Assembly: GCF_006345805.1 (NCBI RefSeq)
Contig: NC_043002.1
Location: 30,318,001-30,382,000, forward strand
Length of the DNA stretch: 64,000 bases
From: Octopus sinensis
Taxonomy: Eukaryota
Direction: 5' to 3'
Translations under genes and position numbers: made by a program
The notes under the pieces: generated by a model
The model's input: the letters and a program-made list of their open reading frames with translations, nothing else
Databases searched by the model: none
What the model was told of the DNA's origin: nothing
Part shown: piece by piece, positions 1 through 12,461 of the stretch
Numbering within the stretch: position 1 is the first letter of the stretch
How the letters are laid out: the number at the start of each line of letters is the position of its first letter

Positions 1-1058
1 TCTGTGAAAGAATGTCTACTGCCATAGAGTCGATCCATATTTCGCGATATGAAACAGGACCTAAATATATTAAGGTGCTCTTTGAAGCTTCAGAGACGTT
101 TCTTTCAATTTTATCTTAATTTAATCGTTTTTCTTTCGTAATCTTCCATTAGGTTATGTAATTTCATTTTTGACTTGACAGATCTTTGAGTTTGGCTTGT
201 TTTTCTTTAGATTCCTTCCTCGCTTTATGTTTAAACAATTACTTTACTTGATCTGAAGTACTTTCCTTTTACAATACAACTTTTTCTATTCAAAATTTTG
301 AAGTTTTAAAACCGTTTCTTTATTTTACAACGAAATATTTGCTTTTGATTTTAGAGAACTACAAACAAAGAAATATTTTGGTTATGAATACCTTTTAAAC
401 ATCCATTAAAAAAAATCTTTTACTTTCATTATTTGGAGTTCTTCCGTTCTCTTTTTGTTAATTTTTATAGCAATTATTAGAACTTTTCGTTAACATTTCT
501 CTCAAGTTTCTAGCTTACTGTTCTTAATATAAAAATGTATAATAAATATGCAATTTATCATCCAATTGAAGAAAGCAGCCACATAAACTTACAATGAGAT
601 TCTGTTTGAAACTTAATGTCCAGAAACGTTCAGAAACGATTTAACAGTGGCTACTTATAGACAAAACTCTACCCTATATGCAACTAATATTATTAATAAT
701 TATAATATTATTAACAAAAAATCTGTAATTACCATATGAAACCTCAGATCTTTACTTTAATGTTTCATTTTGTTATATACAAACTTTGATAAAAATTTGG
801 TTTGATACTGTGTTAAATATACAGGACTGTTTAGAAAGATTTAACCCTCACTTATCCTCAAATTTGAATGAGTAGTGTAGATTAATTTTAGAACAACGTA
901 TCGTCGTCGTTGTCTTCATTATCATCACTATTACCATCATCATCCTCGTTTTTAATTTATCTGGGATCTGGGATCGAAACAATTACAAAAATTACCAGTA
1001 CCTCTACAAGTTTATCTCCTGCTAAATGCAAAACCGTTCTTGTGTACAGCAGTTAGGG

Positions 1059-1062
<4 letters not shown>

Positions 1063-1105
<43 letters not shown>
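1063..1105. repeat. (ATT)n microsatellite
   Basis: Direct triplet run; source of the poly-Ile ORF 1053..1352. Confidence 0.95.
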
Positions 1106-2642
1106 GTATTGGTATTGGTATTATTATATCGTCATCTTCAACATCTTTACTGGCGTTGATTTCAAAAGCCAAACTGAGTAACAAATAACTCTTCGGTGAT
1201 AAATACATCATAAGATAGGGAAAACATGATGTATAAAGGCAAAAGAATTGCAGAAAAATACAACACAAAAATGATTTTAAAAAAACATTCAGACACACCG
1301 AGAAATAAACATGCACATATACACACATATACGCACACAGATATATATACATATAAATATATATATATATATGTGTGTGTGTTTATATACATATGTACAC
1401 ATATACATACACACACATATATATGTATATATATATATATACACATATACATTTATATATGCATACACGCAAGAATAGAAATCTAACCCATCATAGTTTG
1501 TGTGTTTGACTGTTTACCCACATATTACAATTTATGTATTTTGGGTGATTGATATATATAGCGTGCTTTTATCTCGATTGGAAGGTTGTGAGATTTTGTG
1601 CAAAATGAACAAAAAATAAATATAAAAAACATTTTAAGTGTAATAGTTGATACAATTTGTGAAAGATAAAGAAAAAAAAAACCGGAAAAAAGAGAAAAAA
1701 TATGAAGCAGATCATAAGAACTTACATATGTATGTATATGTTGTATATACATTTATATACATTAGAGGTGTTCTTCAAAAAATTTTTCTATTCGAACAAT
1801 TATGGAAAGTTTGGCTCCATTAAATTACATTTTGATTTATAAGCAGATATACAACACACGCAAGAACACGTACGTGTGCATACATATACTCATAAGGATA
1901 TATACATACATTCGGATGATGGACACATATAATGATTAAGTGGGCGATACCTATGTATAGATACTCACCATCTATACAAATATCACAAACACAAACGAAA
2001 TACAAAACTGAACTAAACCCACAGCTATATACATATATATATTGGTATATGTATGTATATATATATATATTATATATATATAAATATATATATATATACA
2101 CTGTGAAAGTCTGTTACAAACAAGTGCGGGTTATATATAAACCATTGCGTAGCTCTATTCAGCAATCTATTACTTAAATAAAGGAAAATTTGCTCTACCA
2201 AATCTATTGCAATGTGTTCGAGTTTTCTGTCTTTTTTCTTTTTTTTTCTTTTTTTTTGTTATTTTACTTCTTAACAGATGATTTCATGCATATTCATGTA
2301 GCTGTGTATACTTATTACTCACTGTCACTGCCTTTATCTGTGTCGGTATAACATGTATGTATCGGTCGGTGTTTCAGTGCGTATGCGTAAATTTCTGCGT
2401 GTGTGTGTGTGTGTAGATTTGATTATGCGTCCTTCTCACTCTCTCATATACACTCATATATGAATATATTCACAGTCACGCACCTCGAATCCTTTTAAAT
2501 TCCACAATAGGTAAAGAAAAATTGTTATACACCATTTGGAGATTGAATAGGCCTGAAGAGCGAGGCCGTAAATCCAATCATATCCCATGCTATAAATTAA
2601 TTTATACTGCGTTGTCAACGCAAACAGTGTATCTCGAATGCA

Positions 2643-2706
<64 letters not shown>

Positions 2707-2712
2707 CGTATG

Positions 2713-2755
<43 letters not shown>

Positions 2756-4139
2756 TTCATATTTATCAATACTTATCAAGTCACACACATGTGTATGTAT
2801 AGCAATTTCTATACCTTGAGTACAAACTGTAAGAAAGTCACAGTCCTGCTGTATTTGTCTTAAGAAAACATCTCATATAGACATATAGTGTGAAAGAGTT
2901 GCTAAATCCGAGATATCACGTATATATATATATATATACAGAAATATGCTTGAGGTAAATTCGAACCCGTAATAATGCTATTCACTGTATTTTATCATGA
3001 AGAAAATTTCTCGCAGTAGATAGACAGGTGTAAACACACCGAGTCAGCTCGCAGTGCTCCCTACAGACTGTTGGATGGATGCATGTGTTTCTGCGAAGTT
3101 ATATCTTCAGCAAGAGTCCTGAAAGGTAGATGCTGCAAATTGACACGAGGAATAAGTCCTTCTTATGATATTCCCAATATCGATCAGTGACTGGATGCGC
3201 TATTCAGCGGCTCACCATAACCAAAATACGTCTTTGAAATTCGAATTTACCCATCTCTATTCCAATAGATTTGAACTTGGGAACTGCAGTAACTAAAACA
3301 ATAATTGTCAGATAAACACAAACATATATGTGTGCTTAAGCATATGTGTGTGTTTGTGTTTATGTAGTGTCCATTTACATCCCAGACGTTGCCGGTTCGA
3401 TAAATAGAGAGTGATAAACCAAGTACCAGCCTGAAATAAATATTCTGCATAAAATGATTGACTGACAAAACCTTTAAAGGGAATTCCCAATTAACCCCTA
3501 CTCTAATGACTGAGCCTTGCAAAATTATTACAGAATAATATTTCTCAAGATTTTTAAAAAAAGATTACCTTAAAATAAGGAGAAAATTAGAATTGTCAAT
3601 GAAAAAAATTTCCTACGGCAGGTGGGATTGTTTGCACTGGAGGACCTTCAGGTTGTGGCATATATTAAAGTCTAGGTTTAAAACCTATCATTGATTATCA
3701 GGTTGAATTACGTGGAATCCACGAATATATGACCTTGTTGGTCAGAGGATTTGCACTTCAGTTCCTCAAATAACTGTACGACAAATATATTGTGCTTCTT
3801 CTATATTGAACTATGTTATACATATTTGTCTCCTGACCGGCCAACAAGCTGTTATAAGCTAACAATTACTAATAATATAGAAAGACCTTGTATTAGTCAA
3901 CTAATGGCCGACTACAGATCGGAATTTTACTAAGTATGTATTTCAGTCATCATTGTCAAACAGATTGACATATCTTATCCTGAACCAAAAGTCTGTAACC
4001 AAAGCAATGCCTCATACTTCAATAGTTTACACATTCACATATAATCACACATATATATATATACAAACGTTTGTTATATATGTATATTAGGGTTTGTGTC
4101 TATGTGTGTGCTTGTACGTGTGTTGGACAAGTCTATAGA

Positions 4140-4330
4140 CGGCGTAGACTTGTGGCTAGAATGTTGCAATCACGAACACAAGATCGTAGTTTCGCTTACC
4201 GGACTGGACAGAGCGACATATTTCTTCAGCCAAGCATTTCATTTCACGTTGGTCTGTGGCCACCTCTACATCTGACACGTGATACACCGTTCACGTATAC
4301 AGGCAATGTGATTTGAACGGAGGGAGTGAG
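4140..4330 (+). mobile_element. Decayed tRNA-derived SINE (head and body)
   Basis: A-box-like GTGGCTAGAATG and B-box-like GTTTCGCTTACC, followed by CATTTCATTTCACGTTG; related to the minus-strand fragment at 20750-20880. Confidence 0.5.
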
Positions 4331-4760
4331 CTATTGTACAATACAAACATTTGACCACAAGAAATCGCGGAACCGCCTTTCACGGTCTACTACCATGAAA
4401 TGTGTGCATATACCAGCTCAATATTTTACACAACAAATCGAAGAAATCGAAAGTATTTTGTCTGAGGACCCATCGATAAACAGTGATGTTATCTGTTTCA
4501 TTTTTACTTCATTTACTTTTCTGTTTTTAAATTTTTATGTTAGCCAATTACTTTATCTCTCTGACACCCAGGACTTCTAATATTTAAATGTATTTGTTTA
4601 CTTCTTCTGATGTACGTTATCTTGTACTAAATATATATATATATATATATATGTAAGTATTAATTTATATATGTATCTATATAAGCAAGCGTGGCTATGT
4701 AGGGAGATGTTGTTTCCCGATCACAGTCGGGGTTCAGTCCCACAGCGTGGCACGTTCTAC

Positions 4761-4774
4761 TATTATATATATAT

Positions 4775-4822
<48 letters not shown>

Positions 4823-4878
4823 ACATACATATATATATATATATATACATATATATATTATATATATATATACATACA

Positions 4879-4912
<34 letters not shown>

Positions 4913-4928
4913 CATATATATATATACA

Positions 4929-4962
<34 letters not shown>

Positions 4963-5026
4963 CTATATATACATATATATATATATATATACATATAATA
5001 CATATATATACTATATACATATATAT

Positions 5027-5057
<31 letters not shown>

Positions 5058-5116
5058 TACATATATATACATATATATACTATATATATATATTATATAT
5101 ATACATATATATATAC

Positions 5117-5148
<32 letters not shown>

Positions 5149-5171
5149 TATACATATATATACATATATAT

Positions 5172-5224
<53 letters not shown>
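4761..5224. repeat. Long imperfect (TA)n/(TACA)n microsatellite
   Basis: Direct; explains the IY-repeat ORFs at 4671-5327. Confidence 0.95.
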
Positions 5225-5226
<2 letters not shown>

Positions 5227-5552
5227 CGATGAGGGTTCCAGTTGATCCAATTCAACGGAACAGCCTGCTCATGGAATTAACGTGTAAGTGGCTGAGCACT
5301 CCACAGACACGTGTACCCTTAACGTAGTTCTCAGGGATATTCAATGTGACACAGAGAGTGACAAGGCCGGCCCTTTCAAATACAGGTACAACAGGAAGTA
5401 AGAGCGAGAGAAAGAGTACAGCAGGGATCACCACCATCCCCTGCCGGAGCCTCGTGGAGCTTTAGGTGTTTTCGCTCAATAAACACTCACAACGCCCGGT
5501 CTGGGAATCGAAACGCGAGTCCGCTGCCGTAACCACTGGCCCATTGCGCCTC

Positions 5553-5555
<3 letters not shown>
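5225..5555 (-). mobile_element. tRNA-derived SINE, family C
   Basis: Reverse complement starts GTGGAGGCGCAATGG...GTTTCGATTCCCAGACC and aligns along its length with 33761-34121 (+). Confidence 0.85.
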
Positions 5556-5607
<52 letters not shown>

Positions 5608-5644
5608 TTATATATATATACATTTATATATATTATATATATAC

Positions 5645-5680
<36 letters not shown>

Positions 5681-5846
5681 GTGTATATTGGCAGGGCTGG
5701 CCTGCTAGGTAGCCGGCCAGAATGCTAGAAATAGATCATCAACGATCAAACTACAAGGGAAATACTCTAGAGGAAGAATTCAGCGAACACCAGAACCAAA
5801 TTTGGCGGGCAGGACATATGAAAATTAAAGAAAAAAAAACAGACTT

Positions 5847-5922
5847 AATGCATACCTCGGTTTCGGTCTTAACAAAAGAATTACTTGCATAATTCAAGTG
5901 TCCGTGACTTCTTCAGTACATT
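5847..5922 (-). ncRNA. Type I hammerhead ribozyme motif (left arm)
   Basis: Minus strand reads AATGTA-CTGAAGA-A-GTC...GAC-C-GAAA-CC-GA-GG-TA-TGCATT, giving stem I AATGTA/TGCATT, core CUGAAGA and GAAA, short stem III and a GUA cleavage triplet. Confidence 0.7.
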
Positions 5923-6461
5923 CGGTCCTCGAGATGCAAACCGCAAGACTAACCCCAGCTCTCTGTGTCAAGACAGACACGTGCTTAGTCTTACTGATTA
6001 CATCGGGAATAAAATTTCAAATGTCTTGGTTCCGGCGCGCTAAGAGACTCCTGAAGCGAAGGGCTGCAGTGAATAATTCACTGCGGGTAAAGCTTACTAC
6101 TAGGGAACGTATTTATTTAAATATTTAAAAATTGAGGGAGATAAATTAATATTAATTTTAATATCAATTTAAAACCAGTAGTCCAGCATTCAAAAAATCT
6201 GAGGAGTCAGAGAAAATTCAAATATATGTGTATAATTAATTTATCTCCCTCAATTTTTAAATATTTAAATAAATACGTTCCCTTGTAGTAAGCTTTACCT
6301 GCAGTGAATTATTCACTGCAGCCCTTCGCTTCAGGAGTCTCTTAGCGCGCCGGAACCAAGACATTTGAAATTTTATTCCCGATGTAATCAGTAAGACTAA
6401 GCACGTGTCTGTCTTGACGCAGAGAGCTGGGGTTAGTCTTGCGGTTTGCATCTCGAGGACC

Positions 6462-6539
6462 GAATGTACTGAAGAAGTCACGGACACTTGAATATGCCAA
6501 GTAATTCTTTTGTTAAGACCGAAACCGAGGTATGCATTT
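6462..6539 (+). ncRNA. Type I hammerhead ribozyme motif (right arm)
   Basis: Stem I 6463-6468/6533-6538; CTGAAGA 6469-6475; stem II GTC 6477-6479/GAC 6517-6519 with an A.C pair at its base; GAAA 6521-6524; stem III ACC/GGT; GTA 6530-6532. Confidence 0.7.
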
Positions 6540-6797
6540 AAGTCTGTTTTTTATTTAATTTTTCATATGTCCTGCCCGCCAAATTGGTTCTGGTGTTCGC
6601 TGAATTCTTCCTCTAGAGAATTTTCCCTTGTAGTTTGATCGTTGATGATCTATTTCTAGCATTCTGGCCGGCTACCTAGCAGGCCAGCCCTGCCAATTAT
6701 ACACATATATTTGAATTTTCTCTTGACTCCTCAGATTTTTTGAATGCTGGACTACTGGTTTTAAATTTTATATAAAATTATTTAATTTATCTCCCTC

Positions 6798-6883
<86 letters not shown>

Positions 6884-7013
6884 CGTTGAAGAGCGTAGGC
6901 TCGAAACGTTAAAGACTTGTTTTATTTATATTTCCTTAGCGCCATACTAATACAATTGTTCGTTTGTTTTCCACCTGCCTTCGTCTTTTGTTTATTTTCA
7001 TAAAGCTTCCCGT
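6884..7013 (+). mobile_element. Short element with minimal HHR-like motif, 5' end lost into (TA)n
   Basis: GTTGAA-GAGC-GTAG-GCTC-GAAAC-GTT-AAAG; homologous to 27413-27580 (-) and 31270-31410 (+); (TA)n on both sides. Confidence 0.65.
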
Positions 7014-7093
7014 TATATATACATATATATATATACATATATACATTTATATATATATATATACATATATATATATACATATATACATTTATA

Positions 7094-7129
<36 letters not shown>

Positions 7130-7175
7130 CTTACATACATATATATACATACATACATATATATATATTTCGTCT

Positions 7176-7310
7176 GTGAACTTTTCCTTTCATCTTCTCA
7201 AAGTCAATAACATTGGTATAAGTATCAGTTAAGTACCAGGGCCGATGTAGTCGACTTACCTCTTCCTTCGAAGTTACTGGCCTTATGGTATAATTTGAAA
7301 CACACACACA
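7176..7310 (+). mobile_element. SINE family B body and tail fragment
   Basis: CCTTTCATC...AAGTACCAG...CGATGTAGTCGACTT, homologous to the other family B copies. Confidence 0.55.
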
Positions 7311-8848
7311 AATATTTGTATATATTGCTCGAAATGCGGAGTAGATACAACAGCCGACAACTGATGAAGGATCGTTCTTTACGCTACTTGTTGGATTTTC
7401 CAATTGTCTCTTTCGTTCTTCACAAAAAAAGCTCGTATTCCATGTTTTCGTATTTCATGTTCGGTTTTCATAGACAAAGAACCAGTTAGGCGGCAATTTA
7501 ATCGCCTTACCCTATCCCCCGAAATTGCTGTCTTTGTGCCAAAATTTGAAAACAATTTTAGATCTATAATAATAAATGCCGATGCAAATTTCTGTGCGTC
7601 AGTTTGCCACGCTTTAACCCCACCTCTCACTATTCAAGGACTCTTCCTCTACTCCTCTTGTTGGGGTGAGAGTGATAGTGGGTACAGAAACGGTGAGAGC
7701 GGTAGCAGATTGTAAAGGGGTGATTGTAACAGTATAAGCTGTAGTTGTGATAGAGCTGGAGGCGACGGTATTGATGATGGTGTTTGTTGGTGATAGTAAG
7801 GGATGCAGAAGATAGTGGTGATGGTGTGTGGCGGATGGTGGCAAAGACAAAGGGGTTGATGGTAGTGGCGTCAGAAGTCTGAATGGTGTTTATGTGGCGG
7901 TTGTGTTGGGAATGGTGGTGGTACTGGTGATGGTTGAAACAGTCAACAGAAAGAGAGAAAGAAAGAGGTTAGACAGAAAAAAAATTGTACTGATCTTCAT
8001 TACTTGAAAAATATTGGTCAAGTTTAATAAAATTTATTATGTATTCAATGCATGAAGTGACATTATTGGAGTCAAGGCCCAGTGAGGGGCGTTCTACAGG
8101 AGCTAGCTCAAAAGCCACTCGATAAGGTGGCTTTCAAGCTAGTTCATGAATATGTAGATCGAGGGAAAGTGAGAAAGAAATTATTAGGTCGCCCTTTTTC
8201 TGTGCCCATTTGTCGTTGCCTTTTCGAATAACCGAGAGCGCACCATTTCGGACGCTATATTATATAAATAAGATCAAAGCATTTTTTAGTGCTTGCAATA
8301 TTGCATGGAAATACGTATGAGGTTGTTGATCCGTTGATCCTCTATATCTGGAATATCTAATGGGTATTAAAGAGGCTGGCATTATCAATTATTTGTGCTC
8401 CTGTATTATCCTTGTTTATCCCCCTTGATGCCGAGTTTCATTGCACCTATGCAGTATCGTTATTGTTGAGTGCTTCAGCAAGTATGCAGAAGATGTGGCT
8501 ATGGTGCCGGTTTTAATCTGCAACAAGTGATTTAAATAATGCCAGTACATACACCAATACAGCTAAACCTCCGCACCGCTGATTTGAGCTTTGCATTTTA
8601 AAGATGATGTTCACTTTTGTTACTTGAATTTCTGTATTACAGCCTCCATATCTAATCACCTAGGATTGTATTATGTTATCACGCTGTTATATATTTTAAC
8701 GGATGGCGTTAAAATTTTCAGTGTTAGCAAAATAAAAATTGAAACAAAAGTTGGCATGAGTTACAGTAAATATCAGGTGCAATGGTTAGTACCACGAAGA
8801 GCAAACATTAAAAGCGGCATACCCCTATTTTCACAAGGCGTGCTTCTT

Positions 8849-9262
8849 ATTTCTTTATTGCCCACAAGAGGCTAAACATAGAGGGGACAAACAAGGACAG
8901 ACAAACGGATTAAGTCGATTCCATCGACCCCAGTGCGTAATTGGTACTTAATTTATCGACTCCGAAAAGTATAAGGTAAAGTCGACCTCGGCAGAATTTG
9001 AACTCAGAACGCAGCGGCGGACGAAATACCTATTTCTTTACTACCCACAAGGGGCTAAACACAGAGGGGACAAACAAGAACAGACAAAGGGATTACATCG
9101 ATTACATCGATCCCAGTGCGTAACTGGTACTTAATTTATTGATCCTGAAAGGATGAAAGGCAAAGTCGACCTCAGCGGAATTTGAACTCAGAACGTAACG
9201 CCAGACGAAATACGGCTACGCATTTCACCCGGCGTGCTAACTATTCTGCCAGCCCGCCGCCT
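8849..9262 (-). mobile_element. tRNA-derived SINE family B, tandem dimer
   Basis: Two units, 9031-9262 (with head) and 8849-9030 (head truncated); B-box-like GAGTTCAAATTC in each. Confidence 0.9.
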
Positions 9263-10235
9263 AACCAAGCATGCTTCTAACAGACCGTGTTCGCTTTTTG
9301 CTTTTGATAGTTATTGTTGAATTTGCCTTCGGTTCGGCTCTCGTCGGCTTCTACTTAATCCCGTTTGAAGTATCGTTATAACTGTGAACAGAACAGAAAA
9401 TGTTAATTTGATCGGTAAGCAATGAGTAGTATATGTCTATCAGATATAGGAGAAGTGCTTCTGACATGTAAATATATAAGCCAGTCGAGAATATACGAGG
9501 ACCTGTATATTTTATTTTTATAAATATTTAAAAGAAGATCAAGGGGAAAAAAAGGATAAACGGTGAGTCCGGTTATAGCTTGAAGTGAGGATCCAGGTAA
9601 CTAGCCACAACGAATCAATTAGCACAAAAATTACAAGGAATTAATTACATTAATTTCTCAAGCAAATATCGATTTTATGTGATTTGTGACAGCAGGTGCA
9701 AGATCTCTCTCTCTCTCACACGCACACACACACACACACACACAACACACACACACACACACACACATGCACAAACAACGTACACATGTATGTATATATG
9801 TATGTATAATACGCCATCATTACCCCAGAGTAGAATACCGGCACAGAAAAAAAGTGACAACAAACATTCCAAAGGCGAAAGCAGCAGTAGTGGATCCGTT
9901 TTCTCATTCAGAATCAGTCTCAGCCCGGAGGATGTCAGTGGACCTGAAATTATTGATACACCTCGAGGAGGTGTCTTCAATAACGATCCGACCAGACATA
10001 CCCCTGCTATCCTAGATGGCAAAACCAATCACCGTATTTGAACTTACTTTGTACTATGAGACAGATTTGACATTTCTCACCAGATGAAGAGAACCAAATA
10101 TCACTTTCGGACAATTCGGACAATGAGGTGTTTCTTTGTCAATGGATGGCGCATTGTAGCACTTCCTAGTAAAGTTAGCTGCTGTGGGTTTCCAGCTTGG
10201 TCTTTTGCATAATGCCCTGTTGAAGATTTTATAGC

Positions 10236-10267
10236 AGTAGTAGTAGTAGTAGTAATAGTAGTAGTAA

Positions 10268-10341
<74 letters not shown>

Positions 10342-10362
10342 TAGTAGTAGTAGTAGTAGTGA

Positions 10363-10418
<56 letters not shown>
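10236..10418. repeat. (TAG)n microsatellite
   Basis: Direct. Confidence 0.95.
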
Positions 10419-11949
10419 AAATCTTAGATTGTTTTAAAGAAAATCTTTGGCGGTTTGGGAACAGTCATAGAATTGTGGAGGAAAGCTTAGAAGAGTAGAT
10501 GTTGATCTGTGAATAGGTTCAATAAAGAAAACTCAAATAGTCGGTTGAGCAAAGAAAAAAATATGGTTAGAATGTCTTCGATACAAAGAAAGAACTGGCG
10601 AAAGAACCTTTTACTTAAAGAATATACAAAATGCTCTATATGGTGGGTCACGTGCTGTATGGTTCAAAATAAAGCCTACTTATCCCATCTTATTACTTAG
10701 ATACGTTTACAGATTGAATTGTCTTATGAATTCTTCAAATTTAAGACAGTAACGTATGACTTTAAGGTATACTGGCTGCTACAATTTATAGCACGTTGAG
10801 ATTCTCTCATTGTGCATCTTCTGATGACGTTCTCAATACCATTTTCGTTAATCCCATTGTAGATATTGTCGGTTGCTTTACAGAAAAATCAAAAAGTGAG
10901 TGTAATAATGTTAATGATATATATATCCGTGGGAGGGAGGATTAATTAGGTTGCTTCAAAAAGAATACTTGAGGGTGTGTAAGAGTACGTCTGTGTATGA
11001 TAGTTAAGGTACTGAGAGTGTGATATAGGAAGGTACTGGCAGGTTAAAGGTATGTGAATATAAACCACAGTATTTCCCTGTGTATGTGTTTGTGTGGTAT
11101 TTCAACAGCGTCTCACAGTAAAAAAATCAATTCGAAAATTTGTGTAGTGGTTTTTAAGTCTGAAAGGGTTGACAACAGGGTTTTTTCTTTCATTTGAGAG
11201 ACAGAGCGTGAGTATGTAAAGGAAAAGAGAGGAAAAGATAAATTTGAGAGAACAAAATACGAGATCGTAAATCCCAGAATGTAACGAAAATCTAATAGTG
11301 TAATATATGTTGTTCGAACGAAATCAGCCTCAAACTGCGGCGACAGAAAATGGGCCACGGAAATAAGATTTTAAGTAAGTGCTTCTTGGTTTTGTTTATT
11401 TAAAATTTAGTTTTTACTGGCAGAAGTTACACAAATATATATAAGAAAACAAAAAAAAAAAACAAAAAAAACGGAGAAAAGAAAAAGAGATGAAGTGTTT
11501 CAGGCATATATGTAGGAATGGTGTGAGTGAGTCTATGTGAGCTTATTGTGTTCAATCATAATAATAAGTAGAGAAGTATAGTGACAATAAACTGAGAGAA
11601 ATATGTAATTCAAATACAAGTCTTGATAGAGAAACAGCATGCATGTGAGTGTGTGTGTGTGTATGTGGATAGAATATATGTGAGTTGCATGAGACACATA
11701 GCTCACTGAAAGGACTATACAGACATATATATATATACATACGTACTTATGTACATATATAAATATATGTATATACATATATATATACATATATAAATAT
11801 ATGTATATACATATATGCATATGCATACATATATGTGTGTGTGTGCGTGCGTGGCGTGAAAGAACAAAATGCGAGATATATATATATATATATATATATA
11901 TCTATATATATATATATATATTATATATATATATATGTGTGTGTGTGTG

Positions 11950-11980
<31 letters not shown>

Positions 11981-12461
11981 CGTACTTCTTAACTATAAAG
12001 TAGCAAATGTCAGTGAAACGTGATGTAATATTGCAAAAGTATATTTTATATCAGGGTCCTGTTGTGAACAACGCACAATAACTCCAAATATATTCATACA
12101 TATGTATGTTAATGGTTAAAAGTTAGAAAATATTCTTATAATTCAACAATATATATTCCACCATATATTAAATGTTACTTTTGTTCCTTTCGTAGAAGTT
12201 TACGATTTCCACCTGACACCATGTGTGTGAAAGACACTGATGTGCGTCAAATACGGCACTGGTATAATACACACAAACACACAGACATACATACACAGTT
12301 ACACGCACTCATATGTAAGCACACACACATACACACACACATGCATACATACATATATGTATGTATGTATGTATGTATATGTATATACATATATGTTTAT
12401 ATATATATATGTGTGTGTGTATCTATCTATCTATCTATCTATCTATGTGTGTATGTGTTAT

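Larger units (their letters stand above)
5681..6800. mobile_element. Inverted dimer of a 546-bp non-coding HHR-bearing element (PLE pLTR / retrozyme-like)
   Basis: 5681-6150 is the reverse complement of 6235-6704 (about 97% by eye). 6697-6800 is the reverse complement of about 6131-6237. The unit 6235-6800 has the direct terminal repeat TTAATTTATCTCCCTCAAT at 6236-6254 and 6782-6800. (TA)n flanks both sides. The structure is certain; the class is inferred. Confidence 0.8.

Noticed and set aside
1-700. Possible decayed coding or retroelement sequence
   Set aside because: Manual translation gave only short frames with no recognisable motif.
2551-2575. CTGAAGA-GCGAGGCCGT-AAA hammerhead-like string
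   Set aside because: No GAAA core and no adjacent stem I or III.
3078-3112. Minus-strand CTGAAGA...GAAAC with 12-nt spacing
   Set aside because: Stem II and stem I do not pair; consistent with chance.
4185-4232. Minus-strand CTGAAGA...GAAAC
   Set aside because: It is the antisense of a SINE tRNA head (B-box region), and the stems do not form.
5898-6487. Identical 76-aa ORFs on opposite strands (5898..6128 +, 6257..6487 -)
   Set aside because: They arise from the inverted duplication, start at a non-ATG codon, run antisense to the ribozyme strand and show no recognisable domain.
5681-6704. Palindrome as a pure assembly fold-back artefact
   Set aside because: Not fully excluded, since some arm differences are homopolymer indels. 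However, the arms also differ by substitutions, the structure is asymmetric with a permuted tail, and a second family member shows its own inversion.
7326-7535. CTGATGA at 7361 with GAAA upstream (permuted HHR) or far downstream (GAAATTGCTGTC)
   Set aside because: The permuted form has no stem I hairpin, and the downstream GAAA belongs to a SINE family B tail also seen at about 54430.
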